Assembly (NCBI GenBank): GCA_965223265.1
Contig: OZ244999.1
Coordinates: forward strand, 8,544,001 to 8,608,000
Reading direction: 5' to 3'
DNA length: 64,000 nucleotides
DNA from: Planctomycetota bacterium
GTDB taxonomy: Bacteria; Planctomycetota; UBA8108; SXIK01
In this document: positions 18,290 through 27,032 of the stretch, piece after piece
Layout of the letters: every line of letters begins with the position of its first letter
Numbering within the stretch: position 1 is the first letter of the stretch
Notes under the pieces: generated by a model
Told to the model about the DNA's origin: nothing
The model's input: only the letters and a program-made list of their open reading frames with translations
The model's database searches: none
Position numbers and translations under genes: made by a program

Positions 18290-19827
18290 CCCTCACCTTC
18301 GAGCTCGCGGGTGTAGATTTCATCTCCCGCCTCCAGGCCACTGAGAATCTCAGTCTCTTTCTCAAACTGCCTTCCAGCCTTGACGCTTCGCCGGACGCGG
18401 CCTTCTGCCGCCTTCACGTAGACAAAACGCTCTTCACCGTCGAGCGGATCGTTGAAAAGGTATGCGGAGGGAATGGTGACCGCGCTCGGATTTGTGTAAG
18501 CGGTCACATGAACAGCGCAGGTCATACCGGGCATCAGGCCGTCCGCCTCTGCGTCGTGGGGTACGTCGACGGTCGCGACGAACTCGCCCGGGCTGAGCGG
18601 CAGCGTCGACACTTCCCCGACGCGCGATCTGATGCGCTGCTCCGGTCGTGCCGCCGGTACGACCCTGACAGCGTGTCCGGGGCGTACATCACGCAGATCC
18701 TTCTCGTCGACTTTGGCGTGCACCCGCAGCGGCGACGTCGCAACAACGGTCATGAACACGCTGCGCACGTCCAATCTTCCACCCGGGATCAGTTTGGCTC
18801 GTGCGACATTCGCAAGACTCCAATCAGGATTCATCTTGCCGTAATATACAACGCCATCCATCGGCGCACGGACAACGAGAGCCTCTCGGTCACCGCGCAA
18901 TCTTTCGAGTTTTTGCTCGAGCTCGGAGTGGTCTCGCGCCAGTGCGGCCACCTCCAAGCGTGTCTTCTCCAGCCGTGCGGGTAGCGCGACTTCGGCCTTT
19001 TCCAACGCGATCGATTGCTTCGTGAGCAGCGCTTCGAGCTGAATCTGGCGGCGCGGAAGAGTCGACTCGAGTTGCTTGTCCTGGAGGACGCGCATTTTCT
19101 CGACTCCGAACATTGCGTCGTTGACGGCGTCTCGCTGGCGCCTGACGATGATTTCCTCTGTCTCTTCCGTCAAGTCATCCGCCTGATACATCTTTTCAAG
19201 CTGACGCAGTTCTTCTTTCTGATAAGCCAGATAGTTGTCAGCTCGTTTGACCTGGAATCGCGCCTCCTGTTCTGCGAAGGGACGCGCGGCGCGCTCGAAT
19301 CGACGGAGATCCTCCTCGCTGTGGCGTTTTTGCAGTCGCAAGTCGGCGACTTCAAGCGGCGCGAGCTTCTCCAGGGTCCGCGTTTCGAGCTTTTTCTCCT
19401 CGAGGCTGATCTGGCTGCGCGCGACCTGGGCTTCCAAACGGTGGATTTCCCGGTCGATCCGGTCGGTCTCGCAGCGAACCAGGACTTCGTCCCGGCGAAC
19501 GCTTTCGCCGTGTGCGATCGCCTCGACGACGATCAACTCCTTCCACTCTTCCGTCTCCAGCTGCACCGGCGCGGTCTTGGTGGACTGGAACGTTCCGCTC
19601 AGCGTTACCTTGACCTGAACAGGTTTGCTGCGGACAGTGTGCGTCTCGGGTTCGGGCTTTGCGTCCTCGCCTGAGCCTGAAGGTTCGGTGCCCGGCGTCT
19701 CTTGACGACTCAGCTCGTTCGGCGGCGCTTGCTCGCGGCCGCTTGATTGTTCAGCGGCCGCCAGCCCGGTCACGGCCACCCCGAGGATCCACGCTGCTAC
19801 GAGCGGCACGATGCATTCTCGGAACAT
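18286..19827 (-). CDS. HlyD/RND-type periplasmic adaptor with a long coiled coil
   Basis: VRAPMDGVV, LMPGMTC, EILSGLEAGD; long helical central region. Confidence 0.82.
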   Translation of the reverse strand: MFRECIVPLVAAWILGVAVTGLAAAEQSSGREQAPPNELSRQETPGTEPSGSGEDAKPEPETHTVRSKPVQVKVTLSGTFQSTKTAPVQLETEEWKELIVVEAIAHGESVRRDEVLVRCETDRIDREIHRLEAQVARSQISLEEKKLETRTLEKLAPLEVADLRLQKRHSEEDLRRFERAARPFAEQEARFQVKRADNYLAYQKEELRQLEKMYQADDLTEETEEIIVRRQRDAVNDAMFGVEKMRVLQDKQLESTLPRRQIQLEALLTKQSIALEKAEVALPARLEKTRLEVAALARDHSELEQKLERLRGDREALVVRAPMDGVVYYGKMNPDWSLANVARAKLIPGGRLDVRSVFMTVVATSPLRVHAKVDEKDLRDVRPGHAVRVVPAARPEQRIRSRVGEVSTLPLSPGEFVATVDVPHDAEADGLMPGMTCAVHVTAYTNPSAVTIPSAYLFNDPLDGEERFVYVKAAEGRVRRSVKAGRQFEKETEILSGLEAGDEIYTRELEGEG

Positions 19828-20114
19828 GCAGCGACGACGAAGATGAAATTGAGTATGAAGTCTGTCGTGGTCACGACCGCTGTAACGTATAGGGAAATGC
19901 ATGTGGGAACGAACTCCTGGGCGATGACCGTTGCTCTCAGCGTCGACAACAGGTTTTATCGACGTCCTTTCCGAATCGCCGCAGGCAATGAACGGAAATT
20001 AGCCGACTCTCTCACGCGGTCTGGACCGTTTGGCGCTTATCGACGAAAATGCTAGACGACGCGGACCGCGGACCTGTCCGTCCTTGAGAATTTTGCAGGC
20101 CTCTCTACGAACCG

Positions 20115-21986
20115 ATGAACGAACATCTTTCCGGTCTGGCCCTGGTGATCTTGCTCGGAATCTCGGCGCAGTGGCTTGCGTGGCGACTCCGCCTCCCCTC
20201 CATCTTGCTGCTGCTGCTCTTTGGATTCGCAGCCGGTCCACTCGCTGGGATAGTCGATCCTGATCTAAGGCTAATCGATCCCGATAAGATCTTCGGCGAA
20301 CTTCTCTTTCCGATCGTCTCGGTCTCGGTGGCGATCATTCTTTTCGAGGGAGGTTTGAGCCTGAGATTCGCCGAGCTCGAGCGTCTTGGCGGTGTCGTTC
20401 GCAACCTGGTGACGGTCGGCGCGCTCGTGAGCTGGGGACTGACCGCCGTCGCGGCGCGTTGGTGCATCTTCGACTCGTGGGATCTCTCTTTGCTCCTTGG
20501 TGCCATTCTCGTGGTGACCGGGCCGACGGTGATCGTACCTCTCCTCAGACACGTCCGTCCTTCCCGGCGCGTTGGTTCGGTGCTCCGCTGGGAAGGCATT
20601 GTGATCGACCCGATCGGTGCTGTCCTCGCCGTCCTCGTCTTCGAAACGATCCAACAGGGCGAAGCCGGCACGGCGCATGCCGTGGTCGCCTTCCTCACGT
20701 CTGTGGCAGTCGGTCTGATCGGCGGAATCCTCGGCGCTGGATTTTTCTACATCATGGTTCGGCGGCACTTGCTTCCGGATTTCCTTCAAAACCCCGTGTC
20801 CTTGATGGTAGTGGTCGGGATTTTTGCCGTCTCGAATCAGATTCAGGAGGAATCTGGTCTTTTCAGCGTCACCGTGATGGGAATCGTTCTGGCCAATCAG
20901 CGTTCGTTCGCGGTGAAGCATATCCTCGAGTTTAAGGAGAACCTTCGCGTCCTGCTGATCTCGTGCTTGTTCGTCTTGCTCGCCGCAAGACTCGATCTCG
21001 AGCTGCTGCGTGAAACGGATGCATGGACCGTCCTCTTCGTCTTGCTACTTGTGGTGGTGGTGCGCCCGGTCACGGTTCTAGTGTCGACTTATCGATCCCA
21101 GCTGACGCGGCGGGAGCGCGCCTTTCTCGCCGCGATGGCGCCGCGCGGCATCGTCGCCGCCGCGGTGGCGTCCGTCTTCGCGATCCATCTCGTCGAGGGC
21201 GGACGGGAGGAAGCGGAAAAACTTGTGACGGTTGTTTTCTTCGTCATCGTCGGCACTGTCATGCTGTATGGCTTGACCGCAGTCCCAGTAGCGCGTGCTC
21301 TCGAGCTGGCTCGACCTAACCCACAGGGCGTTTTGATCGTCGGCGCGCACTCATGGGCGCGAGCGCTTGGAAAGATCCTTCGCGATGAAGGGTTCGACAT
21401 TGTGCTCGTCGACACCAACTGGAACAACCTGCGCGCAGCGCGCATGATGGAGATGCCGATTTACTACGGCAGCTCACTCACCGAGATCGCGCACGAGGAA
21501 ATCAGCCTCGAGGGGTTGGGGCGCCTCCTTGCGTTGACGTCAGACGACTTGGAAAACTCGCTCGCGGCGCTGCACTATGCAGAGGTGTTCGGCCGCACTG
21601 GAGTCTTTCAGCTGTCGCCGGAATCGGCGGACGACGAGCGTATGGAAGTGCCGAAGCATCTGCGCGGCAGCTACTTGTTCGGCAAGGGGATGTCGTTCGC
21701 CGAAATCGAGCACCGCTGGGAGACCGGCGCACGGTTTAAGAAGACGAAGCTCTCGGCGGAATTCGACTACGAGGCCTACAAGAAGATGTACGGCGAATCC
21801 GCGGTCACGTTCTTCGTCATCGACGAGAAGCAGAAGCTGCAGGTCATGACAACAGCGACGACGGTTTCGCCGACTGCCGGTCAAACCATCGTCGGGCTTG
21901 TGTACGGTGAAGAGGACCCGGAGGGGGTGCCGGTCGCGAGCCAGTCGGCAGATCAGAGCGGCCCGGAACTAACCGCAGGCGCGTAG
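20115..21986 (+). CDS. CPA1 (NhaP-like) cation:proton antiporter with a C-terminal TrkA-N-like domain
   Basis: About 12 TM helices; ILFEGG, TGPTV, WEGIVIDP, APRGIVAAA. Confidence 0.9.
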   Translation: MNEHLSGLALVILLGISAQWLAWRLRLPSILLLLLFGFAAGPLAGIVDPDLRLIDPDKIFGELLFPIVSVSVAIILFEGGLSLRFAELERLGGVVRNLVTVGALVSWGLTAVAARWCIFDSWDLSLLLGAILVVTGPTVIVPLLRHVRPSRRVGSVLRWEGIVIDPIGAVLAVLVFETIQQGEAGTAHAVVAFLTSVAVGLIGGILGAGFFYIMVRRHLLPDFLQNPVSLMVVVGIFAVSNQIQEESGLFSVTVMGIVLANQRSFAVKHILEFKENLRVLLISCLFVLLAARLDLELLRETDAWTVLFVLLLVVVVRPVTVLVSTYRSQLTRRERAFLAAMAPRGIVAAAVASVFAIHLVEGGREEAEKLVTVVFFVIVGTVMLYGLTAVPVARALELARPNPQGVLIVGAHSWARALGKILRDEGFDIVLVDTNWNNLRAARMMEMPIYYGSSLTEIAHEEISLEGLGRLLALTSDDLENSLAALHYAEVFGRTGVFQLSPESADDERMEVPKHLRGSYLFGKGMSFAEIEHRWETGARFKKTKLSAEFDYEAYKKMYGESAVTFFVIDEKQKLQVMTTATTVSPTAGQTIVGLVYGEEDPEGVPVASQSADQSGPELTAGA

Positions 21987-22030
21987 GTTGCTCGTTGCTT
22001 CGGGCGTTGCCGACGGTGAGTCACGTCGGG

Positions 22031-22100
22031 AGGCAGAGGCGGAAGCAGAGGCAGAGACGGAGTGCTGGTACTCCCGCGCCCACGCCCACGCCCACGCGCA
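22031..22100. repeat. Short two-arm hexamer tract (GGCAGA/GGCGGA, then CCACGC)
   Basis: Shares AGGCAGAGGCGGA with the tract at 8528. Confidence 0.75.
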
Positions 22101-22270
22101 TGGCCTGGGTCGCTTTTCTTTTTCAACAATGGGGTCGTAGTGTGTCAGACCGGACGACACACGACGTTGCCTGCTCCTTTGGACGGTCTTGCTTCGTTGA
22201 CTTGGCTTCGTTCTGTTCGATTCTTGTTCTGATCTCTTTGAATCTTGAGAAGCGGCAGGCGCTCGAGGAT

Positions 22271-22436
22271 CCACGCCCACGCCCACGCCCACGCCCACGC
22301 CCACGCCCACGCCCACGCCCACGCCCACGCCCACGCCCACGCCCACGCCCACGCCCACGCCCACGCCCACGCCCACGCCCACGCCCACGCCCACGCCCAC
22401 GCCCACGCAAACGCAAACGCAAACGCAAACGCAAAC
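22271..22436. repeat. Perfect (CCACGC)23 followed by (AAACGC)4
   Basis: Counted directly: 22271-22408 and 22409-22432. Confidence 0.97.
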
Positions 22437-22660
22437 CCGCGCCGGTCGCGAAACGAGCCCAAAACGACGCCCGGACGTCGACGTCAGTTACGACGGTGCA
22501 TCCAACTCTGAGCTCTGCCGCGCGGCGGTCAAAGAAAATGCCAGATGCCAACCCCGTCTCGGGGGTCGACACCTGGCCGTCTGGGGCAAGACTAAGTGCG
22601 TCCGTCGACGCCCGCCGCGTGGTGCGGGGGCGTCGACATCGGCTTGTGGCTCCTTAACCT

Positions 22661-25600
22661 CTAGTTTGCGGCGTCTGCGGCTGGCAGCAGCGCGGGGCAG
22701 AACGAGAGAGCGCAGCCAAGAGGTGCTGGTCTTGTGCCACAGAAGGGGTATGGAGCGGGAGGAGGTGGTCCTTTGTCGAAGAGGAACTGGAGGGTGTAAA
22801 TCGGGTCGGCGATATCAACGGCTTCGCTACCGTTGGAGTCGGTTGCCTCCACGCAAGTTGGATCCTCGACGTTACCGACGAAGAGCCAGTTGAGGGTGTA
22901 GATCGGATCGCTGACGTCGACGATGGTGTCGACGTTCGCGTCGCCACGAATGAACCCGGGCTCCAATGCGATGCGGAAGATGACCGAGCCGCCCATCGTC
23001 TCGGGTCGTACGCCGAAACCGCCGACGACGTAAAGAACGTCGATGGCAGGATCACCGAGCGTGTCGCAATAGGTCACTGGATACCGTACTCCCGGAATCG
23101 CGTCCGGACCCTGGGCGTACTGAACGTTCAGGAGGCGGTGAGCCGAGCCGACAGGCAAAGTGTCTGTGCCGTCGAGAGTGTCGACGACCGCCGCCATCGT
23201 CACACCACGCTCGCTGATGCGAATCTCAAGGAACGTCGGTCCGGAGCCACCATTGAGCAGCGCGGTGTCCGTGCCGTCGATGTTGGCGTCTTCTGGGATC
23301 AGAACGGAAGAGTCGGAGCAAACGCCGAACGACCAACCTTGAAGCGGCCGGGAATTGCTCGCCATACAGATGACACGACCGGAGCCTGTGATGGCCACCA
23401 CGTCGGAGTTTTCATCGACGATCGCGGTGTCCGCATTGGGTATCGGGTCAAAGAGTAGGCTTGAGAAGAAGAGCACGTCGGGCGGAGGCGGCCCGTCGAT
23501 GACGACGCGACACTCTTCGATGCGACTTCGTCGTCCCCCATGGACGCCGGCGACACCGTACTCGTAGACGCCAGGCTCGAGACCGCCGTCTTTGAACAGG
23601 TTCGAGTCTCCGCCCAGCGTCGCGATCAAGTCACCGAATCGGAAGATGAGGATCGAATCGTAGTCGATCGGGTTCTCCCAGCGCAGGACTGCTGTCGGTC
23701 CGGCCGCATCCGTGATCACAGCGAAACACCGCAGTGATTCGACAGGGGGCACGGGGTTTGGTGGCACGTCGACGTCACAGCAGGTTCGCGGACTCGTACT
23801 CAGGATACCGACACCGAATACACAGTACGTGTGGCCGCCGCGATCGGGGCCGATGTCGCGGTAGACCATGGCGTCGCCCGGAAGCGTCGCGATCGGAATT
23901 CCGTCGCGCTCAACGACGATGCCGCGATAGAGGAATGGGTTCTCCCAGGTCAACTTCACAACCGGAATCGAGGGAATGTCAGTGCCTTCTGGCGCCGCCG
24001 GGAGTATCTCGTTGACCTCACAGCGCAGGTTTTTCGGCGGTGGCAAGAACGGCGGCGGCACCTCTACGATGCACGTCGCAGGTTCGCTCTCGCGATTCAG
24101 GACGACGCCGAAAACCGAGTAGAGCACCTTGCCCGAACCTGCAGGGGGAAAGTCGATATGACTGGTCGTGTCGCCCGGCAGGGTCGCGAGTAGCATCTTG
24201 TTTCGCGTGATGATGATCTTGTCGTAACGGACGGGGTTCCACCAGCTGAGATGCACTGCCAGGGACGCGAAAACGTCGACGACAACGTCGCCGATCGCCA
24301 CGGCGTCACCGTCCGCACTGATTGCTCCGAAGTCAGCGAGATCAACGGGTTCGACAGGGTCAATTGGGACCGGACCCCCGATCACCGCGCAGCGAAGATC
24401 GCGCGGCGGTGGTACGACGCCGACGGGAACCTTCACGTCACAGATTGCCGCCTCACTTCGTCGTAATCCGACGACGCCGAAGACGCGGTATTCGTTGTGT
24501 CCCGCCGGTGGATTGAAATCGCTGTAGCTCGTGGCGTTGCCCGCAATCTTGGCGATCGGCGAGCCGTTTCGTACCACGACGATCCATTCGTAAGCTTGAC
24601 CGTTTTCCCAGTTCAGACGCACGAATCCATCGACGATGTCAGCGAGATCATCGGCTGCGGTCTTGCCGATGAACTCACAGCTGAGATTTGATGGTGGCAG
24701 GATCGGCGGACGCGGCAGTTGGACGATGCACTTTGCAGGTGCGCTGATCTGATCGCCGACGACTCCAGAGACGCTGTAGACGTGTTCTCCGGCCGGCACG
24801 TTTCGATCAACGAAGTAGAACTGGTCTCCTGGAATACGTGCGATCACGGCATCGTTACGTGCAATCACGACGTGGTCATACTCGACAGGCTTCTGCCAAA
24901 CGAGCAGCACGTCGTGCGGACCCACGAGGCTTAGGTCATCGAGCGCCACGTCTGGGGCGTTGAGGTCGACGCACGTGAGCTCTTGCGGTGGGGGAACCTC
25001 TCCACCCGGAACGACGACCTTGCATTCACCGACCGGGAAGAGAAAGTCTGGGGGTAGCGACGCCAGTTCGTCGTCAGGCGCCTCGAGCACGATTCCTGAA
25101 ACCATGAATACCTGGTAGTGGTGTTCTCCAGGTCCAGGTCTGTCGACATAGCTGAGCTCAAGGGTTCTCGCAACGTTGACGCCATCGCGAACGACGAGAA
25201 AGAACGAGAACGCGATGCGCGGTAGAGGCACTCGAGACCAGTCGATCAGCACATTCGGTGCGTCCACCTTGCACACAAAGCCATCGCCAGCGACCACCAC
25301 CGTACATGCTCCGACGAGGAACTCACTGTCCTCAGAGACGACACCGTGGACCGTGTAGCGATGGGTGCCAGCTGGCACGTTCTCATCTGTATAGGAACCG
25401 AATTCTCCCTGCGGAACCCTCGCGATGGGAACGCCATCGCGACGTACGAGAAAGTGATCGAACGCGATGTCGATGAGGATGGGACCCCACTTGAGATCGA
25501 CGGTCGAACCGCTCACGGCACACTCGACACCGAAGTCACCCACGATGGCGCAGCAGCGTCCGATGCTGAAGATGTTGCCGTCGAAGTTGATCGCTTGGAG

Positions 25601-25852
25601 TTCGTAGAAATGCTGGCCGTCGCTGACGCCGCTGTCGAGATAACTGTTGGCTTCCGGCGGCAGGTCGGCGATGGCAATGCCGTCGCGCGACACGACCCAA
25701 CCCAAAATCGGGGCGACGAAGACGATGTTCCAGCTCAGCGTGACGTCCTCGCCACGGACGCTACATTTGAGACTCTCGCTGTCTGAGCCGAACGCCGCGC
25801 CAGGCGAGTTCCAGACGATGAGTCCGGCGAGTAGCAGCGTTGTTGTTCGCAT
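22661..25852 (-). CDS. Large secreted protein: 8 Cys-bracketed FN3/Ig-like repeats + cohesin-like domain + planctomycete-type dockerin
   Basis: Signal peptide after an AAGGAGG RBS; repeats of C...V.L.W....YD.I...R.G..IA.LPG; LQGWSFGV; RGDAN.D..VDVSDP...DSN...VDIADP...PPPAPYP.CG. Confidence 0.8.
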   Translation of the reverse strand: MRTTTLLLAGLIVWNSPGAAFGSDSESLKCSVRGEDVTLSWNIVFVAPILGWVVSRDGIAIADLPPEANSYLDSGVSDGQHFYELQAINFDGNIFSIGRCCAIVGDFGVECAVSGSTVDLKWGPILIDIAFDHFLVRRDGVPIARVPQGEFGSYTDENVPAGTHRYTVHGVVSEDSEFLVGACTVVVAGDGFVCKVDAPNVLIDWSRVPLPRIAFSFFLVVRDGVNVARTLELSYVDRPGPGEHHYQVFMVSGIVLEAPDDELASLPPDFLFPVGECKVVVPGGEVPPPQELTCVDLNAPDVALDDLSLVGPHDVLLVWQKPVEYDHVVIARNDAVIARIPGDQFYFVDRNVPAGEHVYSVSGVVGDQISAPAKCIVQLPRPPILPPSNLSCEFIGKTAADDLADIVDGFVRLNWENGQAYEWIVVVRNGSPIAKIAGNATSYSDFNPPAGHNEYRVFGVVGLRRSEAAICDVKVPVGVVPPPRDLRCAVIGGPVPIDPVEPVDLADFGAISADGDAVAIGDVVVDVFASLAVHLSWWNPVRYDKIIITRNKMLLATLPGDTTSHIDFPPAGSGKVLYSVFGVVLNRESEPATCIVEVPPPFLPPPKNLRCEVNEILPAAPEGTDIPSIPVVKLTWENPFLYRGIVVERDGIPIATLPGDAMVYRDIGPDRGGHTYCVFGVGILSTSPRTCCDVDVPPNPVPPVESLRCFAVITDAAGPTAVLRWENPIDYDSILIFRFGDLIATLGGDSNLFKDGGLEPGVYEYGVAGVHGGRRSRIEECRVVIDGPPPPDVLFFSSLLFDPIPNADTAIVDENSDVVAITGSGRVICMASNSRPLQGWSFGVCSDSSVLIPEDANIDGTDTALLNGGSGPTFLEIRISERGVTMAAVVDTLDGTDTLPVGSAHRLLNVQYAQGPDAIPGVRYPVTYCDTLGDPAIDVLYVVGGFGVRPETMGGSVIFRIALEPGFIRGDANVDTIVDVSDPIYTLNWLFVGNVEDPTCVEATDSNGSEAVDIADPIYTLQFLFDKGPPPPAPYPFCGTRPAPLGCALSFCPALLPAADAAN

Positions 25853-25906
25853 CTCCAATCCTCCTTGGCGTGTAGGCAGACACAGAAGCCCGGGCGAAGC
25901 TTGAAC

Positions 25907-25921
25907 GCAAACCGCGCGCCA
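25907..25921 (-). promoter_or_regulatory. Sigma-54 -24/-12 promoter (TGGCGCGCGGTTTGC)
   Basis: GG-N10-GC, 55 nt upstream of the 25852 start, with an AT-rich tract just upstream. Confidence 0.55.
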
Positions 25922-26636
25922 TTGATGCGAAAGATTCTTTAACTCGTTTTGACGCTGCAGGTTGCGGTTCGAGCGTCGGCTCGATGTAAAGCTGGCTTCG
26001 CATCGGTCGCCTGCCGATTGACGCCTGGCGTCTTTCGCGGACGGGACGGACGGCGGTGTCCCACGTTTGGACAACTGCAATACCGACCTACCCCCCCGGC
26101 GCCACTCCCGGAGTTACGGCGACCCCGGGACCTGGGCGCAACCTAACCCGCCCAGCGCGGGCGCTTTGCGGTCCGAGTGTGGATTATTTTCGCGCTCCAC
26201 GTGCGCGCTGGGCACATTTCTTCCTACTCTCCCGGGTAGTCAACGCGAGTTGACGATCTCAACAAGCCCTACACTCCCCTTTCTCAAAGCGCCGGACTCA
26301 CGCAAAAACGCACGCTGAAGCCTTCCACGGCTTCTCCGAACGCAGCCAATCACCGAGAGCACGTGTCCACCGGTTTCCCGCCCGTACACACTGATCTCGA
26401 GTGAACCCAATCGCCTCCCTCCCTACCCAACGCGATTGGGTCTCAGCTCTACGACCCGACACACCCTTCCTCCCCTACGACGTGAGTCCGGCCTCTCTCT
26501 TCCCCGCCGCCTGAAAAGTGGCGAGCAAGAACGGCGAAGAGTGCGACAGCAGCGGTTCAAGCGTGGCGCACGGCACGCTAGTCGCCGAGCCGAACGAGTT
26601 TCTTGCCGCGAGGTTTGTCGTCGTTGGAGTCTTCTC

Positions 26637-26951
26637 TCAGGTCGCGTTGCCGACGATCAGAGCCGCGGCGACGATGACACTGACGAGGAGCAGAACGCCG
26701 GACGGCATGAATTTCTTGGTCTTGGCAAGCCGCAGGGCAAACACGCAGGAGAGAAGGATCGAGATACCAGCGCCGACCCAGACGCCGGCGGTCAGGTCGG
26801 ACCACGTGAGAGCCAGCGCTACGAGAATCAACACGGCGCTCGCCACTCCCGCGATCAACGACGGTTTCGATTGCGCCTTAGTGTATCCAGCGACGCCGCC
26901 ACCGGCCATGAGTATCGCGTAGAGGAGTAGTACAGATTGCATCCAGTGCAT
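26637..26951 (-). CDS. TMEM14-family small membrane protein
   Basis: GGGVAGY.KA.SKPSLIAG and KT.KFMPSG signature; four hydrophobic segments. Confidence 0.85.
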   Translation of the reverse strand: MHWMQSVLLLYAILMAGGGVAGYTKAQSKPSLIAGVASAVLILVALALTWSDLTAGVWVGAGISILLSCVFALRLAKTKKFMPSGVLLLVSVIVAAALIVGNAT

Positions 26952-27032
26952 GGCACGTCGGTTCCGGTGGAGTTCCTGTCTTGTAGACACCGCATCGAGA
27001 CGGCAGCGCGACGCGAAAGCCGGGTCGCATGA

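Noticed and set aside
21969-22657. Dipeptide-repeat ORFs (GV, PR, AW, HA) here and at 56414-57410 and 8048-8744
   Set aside because: By-products of stop-free hexamer repeats in all frames; no RBS or coding signal.
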